In this document: positions 27,718-29,672 of the stretch, piece by piece
How the letters are laid out: every line of letters begins with the position of its first letter
Position numbering within the stretch: position 1 is the stretch's first letter
Source: an uncultured Verrucomicrobiales bacterium
GTDB lineage: Bacteria; Verrucomicrobiota; Verrucomicrobiia; Verrucomicrobiales; DEV007
Length of the DNA stretch: 29,672 nt
Assembly: GCA_938091905.1 (NCBI GenBank)
Contig: CALKOM010000145.1
Location: 1 to 29,672 of the forward strand
Direction: 5' to 3'
Translations under genes and position numbers: made by a program
Notes under the pieces: model-generated
The model's input: only the letters and a program-made list of their open reading frames with translations
The model's database searches: none
What the model was told of the DNA's origin: nothing

Positions 27718-28728
27718 CTAGAAATCCCACACCAAGGCAGCGCCAACCTGAGAGCTTTCCTTGTCGTCCGAGCCATTCGATTGATTAAGAAACTCTCGTG
27801 TGTAATTCAATCGAACGTTCACATCCTCGTTTAGAGCGGTTTCTACGTAGGCGTTGAAATCCAGGTCCCAATTGGCAGAATCGCGAGGATCCAAACTGTA
27901 GCTTAGGCCCTGACCAAGAGAAACCGAATCGGTCATCTTCCATTTCAAATCCTGTTGCACGTGCGCCTTGTAGGCCTTGCCATGTTGGTCTTCACGTTCT
28001 GCATCCGTGATCATCTCAGCCTTGAATCCAGGTGTGATATTGACCACGAACTCCTTCTCCTTCACCGGCGAATAACCGACTCCAACCGTTTGTGAAACCT
28101 CAGTTCGATTCTTCGTCACGTGATCAACCTCAGCCTTGGTCTCAGCCTGGACATAGAGCAACTCCTTACCACGATGCCGCACGCGCTGTGAGATTCCGTA
28201 TCGATCATCGGACGTCTTATCTTCTTCGCTGCGATACTGATAGTATGCCTTCCATTCAGCTTCGTTCTTCTTCGTCTTATAAGCCAGCTTCCCATTCGCG
28301 GACAATTCTGTCGTATCCGACTTGTCGTTATTCCTGTCAGAATAGCCAACCCCTAAACGTCCTTTCCAATTCTCAGGCAATTTGAAAAACGTTTTCTTCG
28401 GAGCCGGCGACTCTTTCTTGGCGGCCACTGGAGCTAGGCGAGGGGATTCTGCTTTCGCTTTGGTCGTATCGTTGCTAGATGCCTTTTTCTTATCAGATTG
28501 AGAACTGGAAGTGGTCACTGACGGCGTTCTGGAAACCTCTGAGACAGCGCTGCGAGGAATCTCCATGGATTGTGGTAGCAACGGCGACTGGAAGACGACA
28601 CACTCGCCATTCTCAGAAACCACGGTCCCTTGAAGCCTGTCGCCGTTGGTGAGCGTGATCGTGTCGGCTACAGCCAATCCGAGACCAAAGATCCAAATGC
28701 CAGAAATCTTCCAAAGAGATAGTGCCAT
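27718..28728 (-). CDS. DUF481 (YdiY-like) outer-membrane beta-barrel protein
   Basis: Signal peptide, ADTITLTNGDRLQG domain, Ser/Pro/Lys linker, WKGRLGVGYS...N barrel start, amphipathic strands, and C-terminal LVWDF ending in Phe. Confidence 0.8.
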   Translation of the reverse strand: MALSLWKISGIWIFGLGLAVADTITLTNGDRLQGTVVSENGECVVFQSPLLPQSMEIPRSAVSEVSRTPSVTTSSSQSDKKKASSNDTTKAKAESPRLAPVAAKKESPAPKKTFFKLPENWKGRLGVGYSDRNNDKSDTTELSANGKLAYKTKKNEAEWKAYYQYRSEEDKTSDDRYGISQRVRHRGKELLYVQAETKAEVDHVTKNRTEVSQTVGVGYSPVKEKEFVVNITPGFKAEMITDAEREDQHGKAYKAHVQQDLKWKMTDSVSLGQGLSYSLDPRDSANWDLDFNAYVETALNEDVNVRLNYTREFLNQSNGSDDKESSQVGAALVWDF

Positions 28729-28776
28729 GAGGGAAGCCTCAGAGTGCATGGGAACGGTGTCAACCAGGGCTCAGGC

Positions 28777-28794
28777 TATAACTTAACACAATAT
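28777..28794 (+). repeat. Copy 1 of an 18-bp direct repeat (XerD-like arm of a partial dif site)
   Basis: TATAACTTAACACAATAT is identical to 29244-29261. Confidence 0.85.
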
Positions 28795-29247
28795 TTCATA
28801 GTGAGCCTGCAGCCTTGACCGTTTCAAGGTTTGAGATGTTTTGATGGTGTCGTTTTTCAGTCTCGAATATTCTATCGTCAGCAAGCGGCAAACGTTAAGC
28901 CACTCACATCGGTTTCCCTGCATGCTTATCGTCGGTTGAGCGCGTCCAGAGGCGAACAAATCACAGGCACAGTCGTTCCCAGGAGACCACAGAAGGCAAG
29001 AAGTTCGGGGTGAGACGGTCTGCAGAACAAGAAGATCCGCATTGCCTCCACCCATGGGAATACCCAAATGCATCCAATGACACCATTTAGTGTACGGGCA
29101 CTAGTCTCGTTGATGGCTGGGTCTGGAGAGATAGTGGATCTCGTTGATGAAGAGAGGGTTGTTGCGCGACGCCAGAGTTTAGGTACGGACTACCGCGATG
29201 CCGTGCCCAAAATCCTGTGCTTTCCTCTCATCAGGTCACCATTTATA

Positions 29248-29275
29248 ACTTAACACAATATATGTCATATAAAAT
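29248..29275 (-). other. dif: dif-like XerC/XerD recombination site
   Basis: The minus strand reads ATTTTATATGA-CATATA-TTGTGTTAAGT, an 11-6-11 layout. The right arm matches E. coli XerD TTATGTTAAAT at 9 of 11 positions. The site is intergenic and AT-rich in a roughly 55% GC background. Confidence 0.65.
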
Positions 29276-29532
29276 GCCAATGCCAGATGACTGTCGGGAA
29301 CTCCTCGGTGCCTCCATTCTTGGAATCAAGGACTTCCATCCCTTTGAAGCGGATTACGATCGAAGCGCCATGACACTAGGCTCCTACGATGGCGGGACTG
29401 GTCGAGGCTAAGGCGTGAGCCAAGAATACCAGCGGCGACCAACAGCACTGGGCAATTCTCGTGAGATCCAGGTAGGAATCTATCCTTAGTCCTTCTAGAT
29501 CTCTGGTCTATTATTTCGTGAATACTCGGAAA

Positions 29533-29672
29533 TGGAATTCCCCCAAGAAAGTGGACACGGATCAGACAGATCGCATTGTTAGTTTAGGTGGGTTTTCTGA
29601 GTTTGGAAGTGTTGATTGAGAAATGTTTCGGGCGAGACGTTTCCCAAGGAGCTGTGGCGTCGTCTTTTATGA
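29533..29672 (-). mobile_element. Right end of an IS3-family insertion sequence, continuing beyond the window
   Basis: Terminal IR TGGAATTCCCCCAAGAAAGTGGACAC (29533-29558; TG end, C-run, GTGGACAC) next to a transposase C-terminus. Confidence 0.85.
29579..29671 (-). CDS. C-terminal 30 aa of an IS3-family transposase OrfB (partial)
   Basis: HKRRRHSSLGNVSPETF matches the N..R.HS.LG..SP..F ending of the rve integrase core. TAA at 29579-29581. Confidence 0.85.
   Translation of the reverse strand, partial: HKRRRHSSLGNVSPETFLNQHFQTQKTHLN

Noticed and set aside
28777..29261. CRISPR array or integron attC interpretation of the 18-bp repeat
   Set aside because: There are only two copies, 467 bp apart, with no cas or integrase gene and no attC-like hairpin.
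1..29672. tRNA, rRNA or other structured RNA genes
   Set aside because: None was recognised by eye. Small ncRNAs cannot be excluded without covariance-model searches.

Overview
This is bacterial chromosomal DNA, most likely from a Verrucomicrobia/PVC lineage. That assignment is inferred from the PSD1/planctomycete cytochrome c plus DUF1501 gene pair, the CehA/McbA-like hydrolase, the DUF481 barrel and a W-x-x-x-D-P repeat remnant. Intact genes include an LhpC-type DapA-family deaminase, a stand-alone DEDDy exonuclease, a Met-rich secreted protein, comM/yifB, a D-cysteine desulfhydrase-family enzyme, fhs, an L,D-transpeptidase, def and argG. Between them lie at least six decayed genes (histidine kinase, esterase-gluconolactonase fusion, BlaI repressor, SPFH protein, sulfatase, helical-repeat protein), all within the first 12 kb. 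Two signals stand out. The first is a translationally coupled operon of nagB-like deaminase, Gfo/Idh/MocA oxidoreductase, barrel-only nagA and an NRAMP-fold transporter lacking the metal-binding motif, a candidate non-canonical amino-sugar pathway. The second is a 28-bp dif-like Xer site near the right end, with a directly repeated partial copy 467 bp away, next to the end of an IS3-family element. All family assignments come from motifs recognised by eye, not from database searches.
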